Source: an uncultured Candidatus Saccharibacteria bacterium (lineage in GTDB: Bacteria; Patescibacteriota; Minisyncoccia; UBA6257). From it: DNA of 57,033 nt. Shown here piece after piece: positions 39,973 through 49,295 of the stretch; position 1 is the first letter of the stretch, and every line of letters begins with the position of its first letter. The position numbers were made by a program, and so were the translations under genes. The notes beneath the pieces were generated by a model, which saw only the letters and a list, made by a program, of their open reading frames with translations, was not told the origin of the DNA and ran no database searches. The stretch covers positions 1 through 57,033 of the forward strand of contig CAZUBI010000002.1 in NCBI GenBank assembly GCA_964618625.1, given 5' to 3'.

Positions 39973-40641
39973 TTAATTTTTATCTTCAAGGTCTTTAATA
40001 CAGAAAAGTTGAAAAGCTAATGAAGGACAATAATAAACAAGAGGTTTAAGGACTCCAGCAAACAAAATAAATAACTTCTGTGGCCTAAATTTCATTATAA
40101 TTTTTCCTGGAGCAGCTTGCCAAAAAAATTTTAAACTCCCAAATCTGTAGATCCTGAATCCTAAATTTTTAAAATCCTTCACTGTCCAACCAGAAATATG
40201 TTTTTCTTGAGGATTTAAAGCATTTGGCCCAGAAAGCGCGTTAAAGAAGCCGTTCGGCGTTGTCAAAATAATCTTTTTTTTTGCCACTCTCTCTATTTCT
40301 TTAATCATTTTTAACCCATCAGGTTTATTTAAATGCTCTATAACTTCAATGGCTATTGCACAATCGAAAGAATTATCTTCAAAGGGAAGAAATCTAGCAT
40401 CAGATAAAACATAATCATCGTGTATTTTCTTTTTTCGACTTTCTATGATATATGGTTCAAAATAATCTAAACCAACCCACCAAGAATCTTTCTCTTTAGG
40501 AATAAATTGGAGAAGCGAAGATTGACCACAACCTACATCTAGCATCCTCCACCTATTTTCAATCTCTCTGGAAAGCAATGATAATAGCTGATACCTTCCA
40601 AATATTTTAAGATATATATTTTTAAGAAAATTTTTAAACAT
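39973..40641 (-). CDS. Class I SAM-dependent methyltransferase
   Basis: LDVGCG motif I, LPFEDNSFD, EVIEHL. Confidence 0.9.
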   Translation of the reverse strand: MFKNFLKNIYLKIFGRYQLLSLLSREIENRWRMLDVGCGQSSLLQFIPKEKDSWWVGLDYFEPYIIESRKKKIHDDYVLSDARFLPFEDNSFDCAIAIEVIEHLNKPDGLKMIKEIERVAKKKIILTTPNGFFNALSGPNALNPQEKHISGWTVKDFKNLGFRIYRFGSLKFFWQAAPGKIIMKFRPQKLFILFAGVLKPLVYYCPSLAFQLFCIKDLEDKN

Positions 40642-40654
40642 TACATTTTTAATT

Positions 40655-41740
40655 CTATTTCTTAGTCAGTTTCTGTATCAAGATTCTAGGATGTTTTAAA
40701 TAATACAGCAAAAACGGGTAATAACTAGAATTAAAACTCCAGCCAGCGCCCCAAGAATTCAAACATCCTTGGCAATTTTTAATTGATTTTCTAACTTCCT
40801 TTGCCTTATCACCATACCAAATTGAAGCAGGAGAATTTTCTCTTACGTTTCCGACTTTTAAATCCCAGAGGTTCAAACAGGGAACAACATCGCCGTTGCA
40901 CTTTAAAACAAAAAATGTATTTAGAGCAAAACAAGAAAATTTAATAGACTTCCCATTCAAATATAAAAGCCATCTCTCTTGTAGGGGCGAAGGGGGCTGG
41001 GTTTTTACTGCTTCAATTATTTTCTCTTTTATTTTTGTTTTATCTTCTTCAGTATAATTTCCATAAAAAGAAGAAATATTATACCAAGCCTCCACTAAAT
41101 CTATATTCAATTTTTTTGTATAATCTCTCACTCCTTGAAGCGAATCGATAGTAAGGTCAGAAATCACTATTCCGGCAACCACACCTAACTTATCCTTATA
41201 TTTTTTTCTCATATCAACTAATTTATGCAATAACCAATCTGCCTTCTCAAAATTCCCTTTCACTCCCCTAATCCTATCGTGTGCTTCTCCTATACCATCA
41301 AGAGAAACTCCTACATCAAGATTAATATCATTCTGCATCGCTGTATTAACAAGCTTAATCGTTCTTTCTGGTAATAAAGCATTGGTGCTTAATTGCAACC
41401 TTGCTTTAGGCAAGGCCTTATGCAATCCCAAATATATTTTCTCTAAATCATCTCTAACCGTAGCTTCACCGCCTGTACCTATGATATATTTTACATCTCT
41501 AAAAAGTTTATCTCTGAAAACATTTTCTATTTCTTCCGGTGTCAAAGGATTTTCAGTCGGTTTTTTACGCCAAATATTACAATGATTACAACGGGAATTA
41601 CATCTATCGGTAATCATCAAAACCACCCACTTAGGTTTAAGGGAAATATTTAGTTTCTTAAAAAGCAAATTTCTCGGCGTAGATACTAATCTTGCAATGT
41701 TTCGGTTAAATTTTTGGATTATCTCCTTTTTATATTTCAT
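40655..41740 (-). CDS. Radical SAM protein with SPASM/twitch domain
   Basis: CNSRCNHC (CxxxCxxC), GGE, SLDG, C-terminal CFAL...GDVVPC...CQGC. Confidence 0.92.
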   Translation of the reverse strand: MKYKKEIIQKFNRNIARLVSTPRNLLFKKLNISLKPKWVVLMITDRCNSRCNHCNIWRKKPTENPLTPEEIENVFRDKLFRDVKYIIGTGGEATVRDDLEKIYLGLHKALPKARLQLSTNALLPERTIKLVNTAMQNDINLDVGVSLDGIGEAHDRIRGVKGNFEKADWLLHKLVDMRKKYKDKLGVVAGIVISDLTIDSLQGVRDYTKKLNIDLVEAWYNISSFYGNYTEEDKTKIKEKIIEAVKTQPPSPLQERWLLYLNGKSIKFSCFALNTFFVLKCNGDVVPCLNLWDLKVGNVRENSPASIWYGDKAKEVRKSIKNCQGCLNSWGAGWSFNSSYYPFLLYYLKHPRILIQKLTKK

Positions 41741-41776
41741 TTTTAGATTTTAGTTCTGCCCCTTTTAGGTTTTTAA

Positions 41777-43093
41777 TTATACTAAACCCTGATCACGTAA
41801 TTTACTTACTATAATTCGAGTTGTTTTTCGAGACTCTCTCTTTAATAAAGGAATCTCCTTCTGAAGACGCTTCTTAAGCATGCTGTAATTTTTTTCTAGG
41901 TACATAAATTTATTGATAATGCGGTCTGTGGTTACATCTCCGGCATTTATCAGTAAATCTGAAAATCCCACTCTTTTGACAAATCCGTCAATCTTATGCT
42001 CGTAGGAAATGGGAATAAATGGAACCCCTCCCTTCACACTGAATACATCACCATGGTACCTCACATTTATTGTACAAAATAATTTAGAAATTATTATTTG
42101 TTGTGCATAAGCATCAATATTCAGAGGAAGGATAAATATTCTCTCTCTACCTTCTTTTTCTCTCTCAGTTAAAGATGTAAAGACCTTCTGTATTAATCCC
42201 GTGTCTTGCCTCCCCTGTAACTCGCCAAACAATATAGGTATTAAGAGAATCATATACCCCCTTCTCATCAAATACTGCCCTACACCTATAAATGAATCCT
42301 TTATTTTCTCTGCCAATTTATTATTTCTCCCGTATATAGGATGCCATTTTAGATCTGATATTGTCATCCCAACTATCTTTTCATCTTTTAATAACTTAAG
42401 TATTTCAGAAATATTATTGTATTTCTTAATATAACTATCAGATATGTCATTTTGAAGAGCTGAATCACCAGTTACATAAGCTTTTATACCCAATTGTTTT
42501 TTTAAATATTCAGCAGAAATTTGTTCCCTAACTATTAAAGCATCAATTTTTCTAAGTATAGGCCTTCGAACAAAATTCATAAATTTTCCTGAGAATGGTC
42601 CCATTGATGGAGCGTAGAAAAACACCGGTTTCTTTTTTAATACTTTAGAAATTAACAGCTCGAACAAAGAGGAAAAATCACATAATAATCTCTCCCCGTA
42701 AAGGTCACCTATATCCGGACCTCCAGGAGCATGGATAACAACATCAGCTTGGTCAACTGCTTTTATAAACTCTCTACCTGCTTTAGTAAATGATAGTTTT
42801 CCGAAGGAAAATAAGATAACAAGAGCATTTAGATGAACTAAAATATAACTTATTTTTGGTATATAAATCGACATCGAGAAGGGATGTTCTATTATTTTTA
42901 TATTGTTATAAGGGAATTGAGAAAAAGTTTTATACATTATCATCATCGTTATTTTTTCTACTCTCAGGTTTAATATAAGAGAATCTATCATTGCTCTTAT
43001 CGCAGCTTCATCACCTCTATCGTTCCAGGGAGCATGTATAATTAGAATATTTAATCCTCTTTTTGGAGAAAGTTTTTTAATATTTTTTCTCAT
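41777..43093 (-). CDS. Polysaccharide pyruvyl transferase (WcaK-like)
   Basis: NDRGDEA, PGGPD, VREQIS, VRYHG, ISYEHKI. Confidence 0.88.
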   Translation of the reverse strand: MRKNIKKLSPKRGLNILIIHAPWNDRGDEAAIRAMIDSLILNLRVEKITMMIMYKTFSQFPYNNIKIIEHPFSMSIYIPKISYILVHLNALVILFSFGKLSFTKAGREFIKAVDQADVVIHAPGGPDIGDLYGERLLCDFSSLFELLISKVLKKKPVFFYAPSMGPFSGKFMNFVRRPILRKIDALIVREQISAEYLKKQLGIKAYVTGDSALQNDISDSYIKKYNNISEILKLLKDEKIVGMTISDLKWHPIYGRNNKLAEKIKDSFIGVGQYLMRRGYMILLIPILFGELQGRQDTGLIQKVFTSLTEREKEGRERIFILPLNIDAYAQQIIISKLFCTINVRYHGDVFSVKGGVPFIPISYEHKIDGFVKRVGFSDLLINAGDVTTDRIINKFMYLEKNYSMLKKRLQKEIPLLKRESRKTTRIIVSKLRDQGLV

Positions 43094-43162
43094 ACCCTTT
43101 CTTAAATTTTTGATAATAAACGCGAATTTTATATTTCATAATCTTGGATATAAAATAACTGC

Positions 43163-43753
43163 TTATAATTTCTTCTTAGGTATCTCCTCAATTATTTTCG
43201 TTGCCTCCAAGAGGTCATAAACAATATAATCAGGGTATACCTTTCCTTCCTTCAATCGACGAGAAATATTCATTTGAGAACTACTGATAAGGATCGTCTT
43301 ACATCCTGCTCTTTTTCCTGCTTCCACATCAGCAAAATCATCTCCTATCATATACGATTCTGTTAAGTTTATTTTAAAATCATTTGCTGCTCTTAAAAGC
43401 ATTCCTGGTTTTGGTTTTCGACAGTTACAATTATCTTCAATATTATGGGGACAAAAATAAATACCATCTATGCAGGCATTCTTTTTCTCAAGCTCTCTAC
43501 TCATCTTTTCATTAATAAACTCTACATCTTCTTTACTCATCATTCCTCTTGCTATCCCTCTTTGGTTAGAAACAATAATTACTAAAAATCTTTTATTAAG
43601 AATCCTAATGGCTTCAGCTACATTGGGTAAAAATCTAAACTCTTTCCATTTTTTCACATAATTATGCTTTGGTGCTTTTTTATTGAGCACCCCGTCCCTA
43701 TCTAAAAAAACAGCTTTATTTTTATTAACTTTCATCTTTAATACTCTCTTCAA
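43163..43753 (-). CDS. gmhB: D,D-heptose 1,7-bisphosphate phosphatase
   Basis: FLDRDG HAD motif, SNQRG, CPH, CNCRKPKPGM, IGD. Confidence 0.92.
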   Translation of the reverse strand: MKRVLKMKVNKNKAVFLDRDGVLNKKAPKHNYVKKWKEFRFLPNVAEAIRILNKRFLVIIVSNQRGIARGMMSKEDVEFINEKMSRELEKKNACIDGIYFCPHNIEDNCNCRKPKPGMLLRAANDFKINLTESYMIGDDFADVEAGKRAGCKTILISSSQMNISRRLKEGKVYPDYIVYDLLEATKIIEEIPKKKL

Positions 43754-44306
43754 AATAAGTAGTAATTAAATGGCAAATTGCATCGTGAGCGCTTTCAACA
43801 ATAGCATATTTAGAAGAAGGTATACAAATTTTAGCATCAGATAGAGGCAAAAGCTTTCCCCCGTCAAAACCAATTAACCCAATTACTGACAAATGAAGAA
43901 TTTTAGCTGACTTAACGGCTTTAATAATGTTAGGAGATCTACCGCTAGAACTTATTGCCACCAGAGTATCTTTCTCTTGAGCAAAATTTTTCAATTGTTC
44001 AGAAAAAACTGCCTCAAATCCAACATCATTTGCCCAGGCAGTTAAAACAGAAATATTATCAGATAAAGAGATGGCCTGGAATCTTTTCGCTTTTTTATCG
44101 CCTTTATGACCAAGGATAGTTTTATTTAAATCATTGGCGAAATGAGAAGCAATAGCTGCTGAGCCACCATTACCAATTAAATAAACCCGACCACCATTTT
44201 CATAAGTCGATTGAAGAATTTTAATGGCTCGAGCAATTTCTTTCCAAGAAATTTCGTCTATTTTACTTTTTAATTCCTGAAAAAAAATTTTGATGTATTC
44301 CTCCAT
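43725..44306 (-). CDS. gmhA: Sedoheptulose-7-phosphate isomerase
   Basis: GNGGSAAIASH, TAWAND, ISSSGRSPN, VESAH. Confidence 0.92.
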   Translation of the reverse strand: MEEYIKIFFQELKSKIDEISWKEIARAIKILQSTYENGGRVYLIGNGGSAAIASHFANDLNKTILGHKGDKKAKRFQAISLSDNISVLTAWANDVGFEAVFSEQLKNFAQEKDTLVAISSSGRSPNIIKAVKSAKILHLSVIGLIGFDGGKLLPLSDAKICIPSSKYAIVESAHDAICHLITTYFEESIKDES

Positions 44307-44309
44307 AAA

Positions 44310-45287
44310 TTAATTCTTAAAAACAATTTTGCTGCCAGCCTCTGAAAAACGAAATGGTATTAATTGGTATTTATTTAAAACTTCCTTAATCTTTGAATGT
44401 TTTTCTGGAGAACCCATTACCAAAAGAAAACCACCTCCACCTGCTCCCAAGATTTTTCCACCCCAAGCACCAGCCTTTAAAGCAAGATTATACATTCCAT
44501 CAATTTTAGGATTGGAAATAGTCGAAGCTAATTCCTTTTTCAGTAACCATCCTTGATGCAATAACTCACCCATTTTTTTGAAGTCCCCATTCTCTAAGGC
44601 TGATCTAAAAATCGGCACCATATTCGACATTTTTTTTAAAAATTCAAATTTTTTATCAATATTTTGTTTTTGTTCAGCCAAAATAGAATTTGCCAATCTT
44701 TCTATGCCGGTAAAAAATAGAAGCAAGTGGTTTTGAAAATCTTCTTTTAATTTAGGAGTTAAATAAATTGGTTCTACTTCAATCTTCCCATTACAGTTAA
44801 AGGTGATTTGATTTAAACCACCAAAAGCTGCGGCATATTGATCTTGTTTTCCAATTGGAGATTTTGCTTTATCAATTTCAATATGGCAGGTCTTCTCGGC
44901 TAAAATTTCTGGGGGGATGTATTCCCCTAAAAAAGCATAAAGACAATTTAGCAATCCTGCTGTAAAACTACTTGAAGAGCCTAGCCCAGTTCCAGTTTTT
45001 CGAGCTGGAAGATCAGAAAGAGAAACAATATCAATTCCCTGTTCAATGCCCGCCTCTTTTAAAGCTTCTTTTACCAAAGGATGTTTTATTTGATCTGGAC
45101 TTGCAACTGTTTCAATTTTTGAATACCTAACCTCAATTAATCCATCAAATCTTGGATTTAATACTATGTAATAGTATTTATTGATTGTAGTACTCAAAAC
45201 TCGACCAGGATAACGCTTGTAAAAATCTTCAAAGTCAGTTCCACCGCCGACAAAACTCATTCTTAATGGTGTTTGAGAAATAATCAT
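44310..45287 (-). CDS. hddA: D-glycero-alpha-D-manno-heptose-7-phosphate kinase (GHMP family)
   Basis: PLRMSFVGGGTD, GLGSSSS, GKQDQY, GAGGGG. Confidence 0.9.
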   Translation of the reverse strand: MIISQTPLRMSFVGGGTDFEDFYKRYPGRVLSTTINKYYYIVLNPRFDGLIEVRYSKIETVASPDQIKHPLVKEALKEAGIEQGIDIVSLSDLPARKTGTGLGSSSSFTAGLLNCLYAFLGEYIPPEILAEKTCHIEIDKAKSPIGKQDQYAAAFGGLNQITFNCNGKIEVEPIYLTPKLKEDFQNHLLLFFTGIERLANSILAEQKQNIDKKFEFLKKMSNMVPIFRSALENGDFKKMGELLHQGWLLKKELASTISNPKIDGMYNLALKAGAWGGKILGAGGGGFLLVMGSPEKHSKIKEVLNKYQLIPFRFSEAGSKIVFKN

Positions 45288-45970
45288 ATTATTTGATTGT
45301 TAAATTGTTTTAATTGCTCAAAAGTTCCAATATCATAGAAGCGCTGGTTAGTAGAATAAGCTAGCATCTCTTTTTTTTGAATTAAAATAGGAAAAATTTC
45401 TTCTTCTAAAGAAACATTTTTATTTGAAGGGATTAATTTAAGAATGTCTTTTTTGAATACTTGAACTCCGGCATCTACATAGTTAGTTTTTTCTTCTTTT
45501 TCCTTATTATAATTAATAACTTCATTTTTATTGTTTATCTCTATATTATTTCGCATAATTTTTGGCTGATTTTGAAAAACAACCATTGTTGCCAACTTCT
45601 GCTGTTTATGAAAATAAGAGATTATGTCTTGAAAATCTATATCTAAAAAAGTATCACCGTTTATAACAATAAATTCTTTTTCTAAAATTCTTTGAGCATT
45701 TTTTAAGGCTCCGCCGGTTCCTAAAAGTTCTTTTTCAAAAGAATACGAAATATTCATCCCGATTTTTTTTCCGTCCTCAAAATAAGATTTTATTTGATCC
45801 CCTGAATAACCTATACACAAAAGCACATCTTCTAAGTTGTTCTTTTTTAACAACTCTAAAATATATTCCAAAAACGGTTTTTCTTTAATTGGAATCATAA
45901 CTTTCGGAATTTTGTTGGTTAGAGGCCTCAGTCTGGTTCCTAACCCTCCGGCTAAAATAACTACCTGCAT
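45284..45970 (-). CDS. hddC: Heptose-1-phosphate guanylyltransferase (nucleotidyltransferase)
   Basis: LAGGLGTRL, PKVM, LGTGGA, NGDT, DIGT; adjacent to hddA. Confidence 0.85.
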   Translation of the reverse strand: MQVVILAGGLGTRLRPLTNKIPKVMIPIKEKPFLEYILELLKKNNLEDVLLCIGYSGDQIKSYFEDGKKIGMNISYSFEKELLGTGGALKNAQRILEKEFIVINGDTFLDIDFQDIISYFHKQQKLATMVVFQNQPKIMRNNIEINNKNEVINYNKEKEEKTNYVDAGVQVFKKDILKLIPSNKNVSLEEEIFPILIQKKEMLAYSTNQRFYDIGTFEQLKQFNNQII

Positions 45971-46045
45971 AAAAATATTATTAAATTTGATTTTATCTTC
46001 CTCTTCTTGATTCAGAGGTTGTCGAAAGAATCTGGTAAAATTGTA

Positions 46046-47068
46046 TTATTTACAAACTAAATAAGGGTTATCAGTTGATTCAAGCCATTCCATCGTTTCT
46101 TTTAATCCTTCTCTAAAATCTGCAGTAGGGCTCCATCCAAGTTCTTTTTCAATTTTCTCAATACTCAATGCATACCTCCTATCATGCCCAGGTCTATCTT
46201 TCACGAAAGTTATCAATTTTTTATAATCTTTAACTGGTTTTTTTGTTAATTCACCAAGAATTTCGCAAATCAAGTTTACAAGGTCAATATTTTTCCACTC
46301 GTTATCACCTCCAATATTATAAATTTCTCCAATTTTTCCTTTATGAAGCACTAAATCAATACCTCTGCAGTTATCTTCAACATATATCCAATCTCTCACG
46401 TTTAAACCATCTCCATAAACTGGCAAAGATTTTCCTTGCAAGGCATTGGTAATCATCAAGGAAATAAATTTTTCTGGATGTTGCCTTGGACCAAAATTAT
46501 TTGAGGAACGGGTAATCAATACAGGCATACCATAGGTTATAAAATATGCTCTCATAAGTAGATCAGCTGAGGTTTTAGATGCAGAGTAAGGACTGTTTGG
46601 TTTAAGAGGAAAACCTTCAGTAAACTTCTCCGAACTTTCCAAAGGTAAAGAGCCATAAACTTCGTCGGTGCTTATTTGAAAAAATCTTGCAAAATCAAAC
46701 ATATTATTCTTCAACCAAAACTCTTTTGCCACATCAAGTAAAATCTGTACCCCATAAACATTTGATTTTATAAATATCTCTGGTCCTTCAATGCTTCTAT
46801 CAACATGTGATTCCGCAGCGAAATTTACCACATAGTAAGGACTAAACTTTTCAAATATATACTCAACAAGCTCTCTGTTTGCAATATCACCTTTTACAAA
46901 ATGATAATTCGGATTATTATCAACTCCTTTTAGATTTTCAAGGTTTCCTGCATAAGTTAATTTATCAAGGTTTACGATTCTGTAATCAGGATGTTCTTTT
47001 ATAAAATAATGGATGAAGTTTGAGCCAATAAAACCTGCTCCACCTGTTATTAAAATTGTTTTATTCAT
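46046..47068 (-). CDS. rfbB: dTDP-glucose 4,6-dehydratase
   Basis: TGGAGFIGS, AAESHVDRS, STDEVYG, YSASK, DRPGHDRRY. Confidence 0.97.
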   Translation of the reverse strand: MNKTILITGGAGFIGSNFIHYFIKEHPDYRIVNLDKLTYAGNLENLKGVDNNPNYHFVKGDIANRELVEYIFEKFSPYYVVNFAAESHVDRSIEGPEIFIKSNVYGVQILLDVAKEFWLKNNMFDFARFFQISTDEVYGSLPLESSEKFTEGFPLKPNSPYSASKTSADLLMRAYFITYGMPVLITRSSNNFGPRQHPEKFISLMITNALQGKSLPVYGDGLNVRDWIYVEDNCRGIDLVLHKGKIGEIYNIGGDNEWKNIDLVNLICEILGELTKKPVKDYKKLITFVKDRPGHDRRYALSIEKIEKELGWSPTADFREGLKETMEWLESTDNPYLVCK

Positions 47069-47930
47069 TTATAAGTTTCTTTTTATATTTGTTTATGAAA
47101 TCGTTAAACGCTTCTTCCCAAAGACGCATTATATTTTTATTTTCAATTTCAAGTAAATAGTTTTCTAGCACAGAAAAACTTGGTCTTTTTGCTAATGCTG
47201 GAAACTCATCAGTTTTTATTGGTAAGATTTTTGCATTAAGATTAAGTTGCCCAACAATTTTTTTCGCAAACCCAAACCAGTTTGTTTGTCCAGTATTTGA
47301 AGAATGATATAAACCAACGCTATCATCTTGAATAAGTTGCCAAGTTTGCTTCACTACATCAAGGGTATAGGTAGGTGTTCCAATTTGATCATTCACAACT
47401 TTTAATTCACCTTTTTCTTTTGCAAGTTTTGCAATAGTTTTTACAAAATTCGATCCGTTTATTCCATAAAGCCAGGAAGTTCTTAAAATTAAGTGATTTG
47501 GATTAAACTGTTTTGTAAACTCTTCCCCAAAAAGTTTTGATTTACCATATATAGATAACGGATTTGGCTTATCAAATTCATTATAAGGTGAATTTTTGGT
47601 TCCGTCAAAAACATAATCGGTGCTGAAATACACAACTTTTGCTTTTACCTTAAAGGAAGTGGATGAAACATTCTTTGCCCCTACAGAATTTACTTGATAG
47701 GCAAAATTTTCTTCTTCCTCTGCTTGGTCAACTTTAGTATAAGCTGCACAATTTATGACAACATCTGGAGATAATTCAAAAAATTTATTTGTAAGTCCTT
47801 TAAAATCAAGTATATCAAGCTCATTATGATTAAAAGCAAAAACTTCTGCTTTATCTTTCAAAAAAGCCGTAAACTCACTCCCTAATTGACCACTTGCACC
47901 AAGTATTAAAACTTTCATAATTGTCTTCAA
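47061..47930 (-). CDS. rfbD: dTDP-4-dehydrorhamnose reductase
   Basis: GASGQLG, CAAYTKVD, STDYVFDG, YGKSK, DQIGTPT. Confidence 0.96.
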   Translation of the reverse strand: MKTIMKVLILGASGQLGSEFTAFLKDKAEVFAFNHNELDILDFKGLTNKFFELSPDVVINCAAYTKVDQAEEEENFAYQVNSVGAKNVSSTSFKVKAKVVYFSTDYVFDGTKNSPYNEFDKPNPLSIYGKSKLFGEEFTKQFNPNHLILRTSWLYGINGSNFVKTIAKLAKEKGELKVVNDQIGTPTYTLDVVKQTWQLIQDDSVGLYHSSNTGQTNWFGFAKKIVGQLNLNAKILPIKTDEFPALAKRPSFSVLENYLLEIENKNIMRLWEEAFNDFINKYKKKLINE

Positions 47931-48499
47931 AAATTTTCTTTTTCTAATGTCCTCCTCACTTCATTAAAAGAGAGCAACTTGTTATCTTTATCAGAAACTA
48001 TAACCTTCTCAACTTGAGATAGCGGCCATTGAATACCTATATCTTTATCATTCCATATAATTCCAAATTCGTCATCTGGATAATAAAAATCAGTACACTT
48101 ATAAAAGAAATGTGTATTTTCTTCAATAGTAAGAAAACCATGAGCAAATCCAGAAGGTATATAAAATTGAAGCCCACTATCACAAGAAAGTTCTATACCA
48201 TACCACTTGCCAAAAGTTGGCGAGTTTAATCTGAGATCAACCGCAACATCAAATACTTTCCCTGAAATTACTTGAACAAGTTTCCCTTGAGGATGCTTAA
48301 GCTGAAAATGTAATCCTCTCAAAACTCCTTTTTTTGACATCGAATGATTATCTTGCACAAAGTGACCATTAATTCCAATATCAGTAAAATCTTTTGAATT
48401 ATAACCTTCTATAAAAAACCCCCTATCATCTTTGAATATTTTCGTTTCTATTATTACAAGATCTTTAATTGGAGTTTTGATTACTTTAAACTTTTCCAT
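47927..48499 (-). CDS. rfbC: dTDP-4-dehydrorhamnose 3,5-epimerase
   Basis: DDRGFF, QDNHS, RGLHFQ, GFAHGF, YKC. Confidence 0.96.
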   Translation of the reverse strand: MEKFKVIKTPIKDLVIIETKIFKDDRGFFIEGYNSKDFTDIGINGHFVQDNHSMSKKGVLRGLHFQLKHPQGKLVQVISGKVFDVAVDLRLNSPTFGKWYGIELSCDSGLQFYIPSGFAHGFLTIEENTHFFYKCTDFYYPDDEFGIIWNDKDIGIQWPLSQVEKVIVSDKDNKLLSFNEVRRTLEKENF

Positions 48500-49223
48500 T
48501 TTTAAAATTCAACATTATATCTTTACAAAATTCATTTGCTCGAAATAAAGATTCGGAAGTTCCTGCATCAGTCCACCAACCTTTTAAAATATCATGAGTT
48601 AACGTGCCTCGTTGAATATAATTATTATTTACATCAGTTATTTCAAGTTCCTCTCTTTCCGAAGGTTTCATGGTTTTAATAATATCAAATACTTTGGAGT
48701 CATACATATAAATACCAGTAACGGCAAAATTGCTTTTTGGTTGTTTTGGCTTTTCTTCAATCGAAATAATTTTTCTATCTCTAATCTCCGCAACGCCAAA
48801 TCTCTGAGGATCCTGGACTTCTTTTAGAAGTATTTTTGCTCCTTTTTCTTGTTTTTCAAATGATTTAACAAAAGGAGTAATATCATTTTCAAAAATATTA
48901 TCTCCAAGAATAACAACGCAACTATCCCCGTCAACAAAATACTCTGCTAAACCTAATGCCTGAGCAATTCCTCCTGCTTGATCTTGAACTTTAAAAGTAA
49001 ACTGAACACCAAATTCACGCCCACTTCCAAGAAGTTCAATAACATCTCCCATATGCTCCCTGCCAGTTATAATAAGTATTTCTGTAATTCCTGCCTGTTT
49101 CAATCGATAAATCGGATAAAAAATCATTGGGTACTTCCCAACCGGCAAAAGATGTTTATTTGTAACATTTGTTAGGGGCTTTAATCTTGAACCCGTGCCA
49201 CCTGCTAAAACTATACCCTTCAT
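48486..49223 (-). CDS. rfbA: Glucose-1-phosphate thymidylyltransferase (short form)
   Basis: LAGGTGSRL, LGDN, EEKP, ELEITD, WTDAGT. Confidence 0.92.
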   Translation of the reverse strand: MKGIVLAGGTGSRLKPLTNVTNKHLLPVGKYPMIFYPIYRLKQAGITEILIITGREHMGDVIELLGSGREFGVQFTFKVQDQAGGIAQALGLAEYFVDGDSCVVILGDNIFENDITPFVKSFEKQEKGAKILLKEVQDPQRFGVAEIRDRKIISIEEKPKQPKSNFAVTGIYMYDSKVFDIIKTMKPSEREELEITDVNNNYIQRGTLTHDILKGWWTDAGTSESLFRANEFCKDIMLNFKNGKV

Positions 49224-49295
49224 ATATTTATATTTTTTTGTAAAAAGGATTTTTTATTAATTATGCTCTTTTATGACAAAGATTTTGATATTGTT

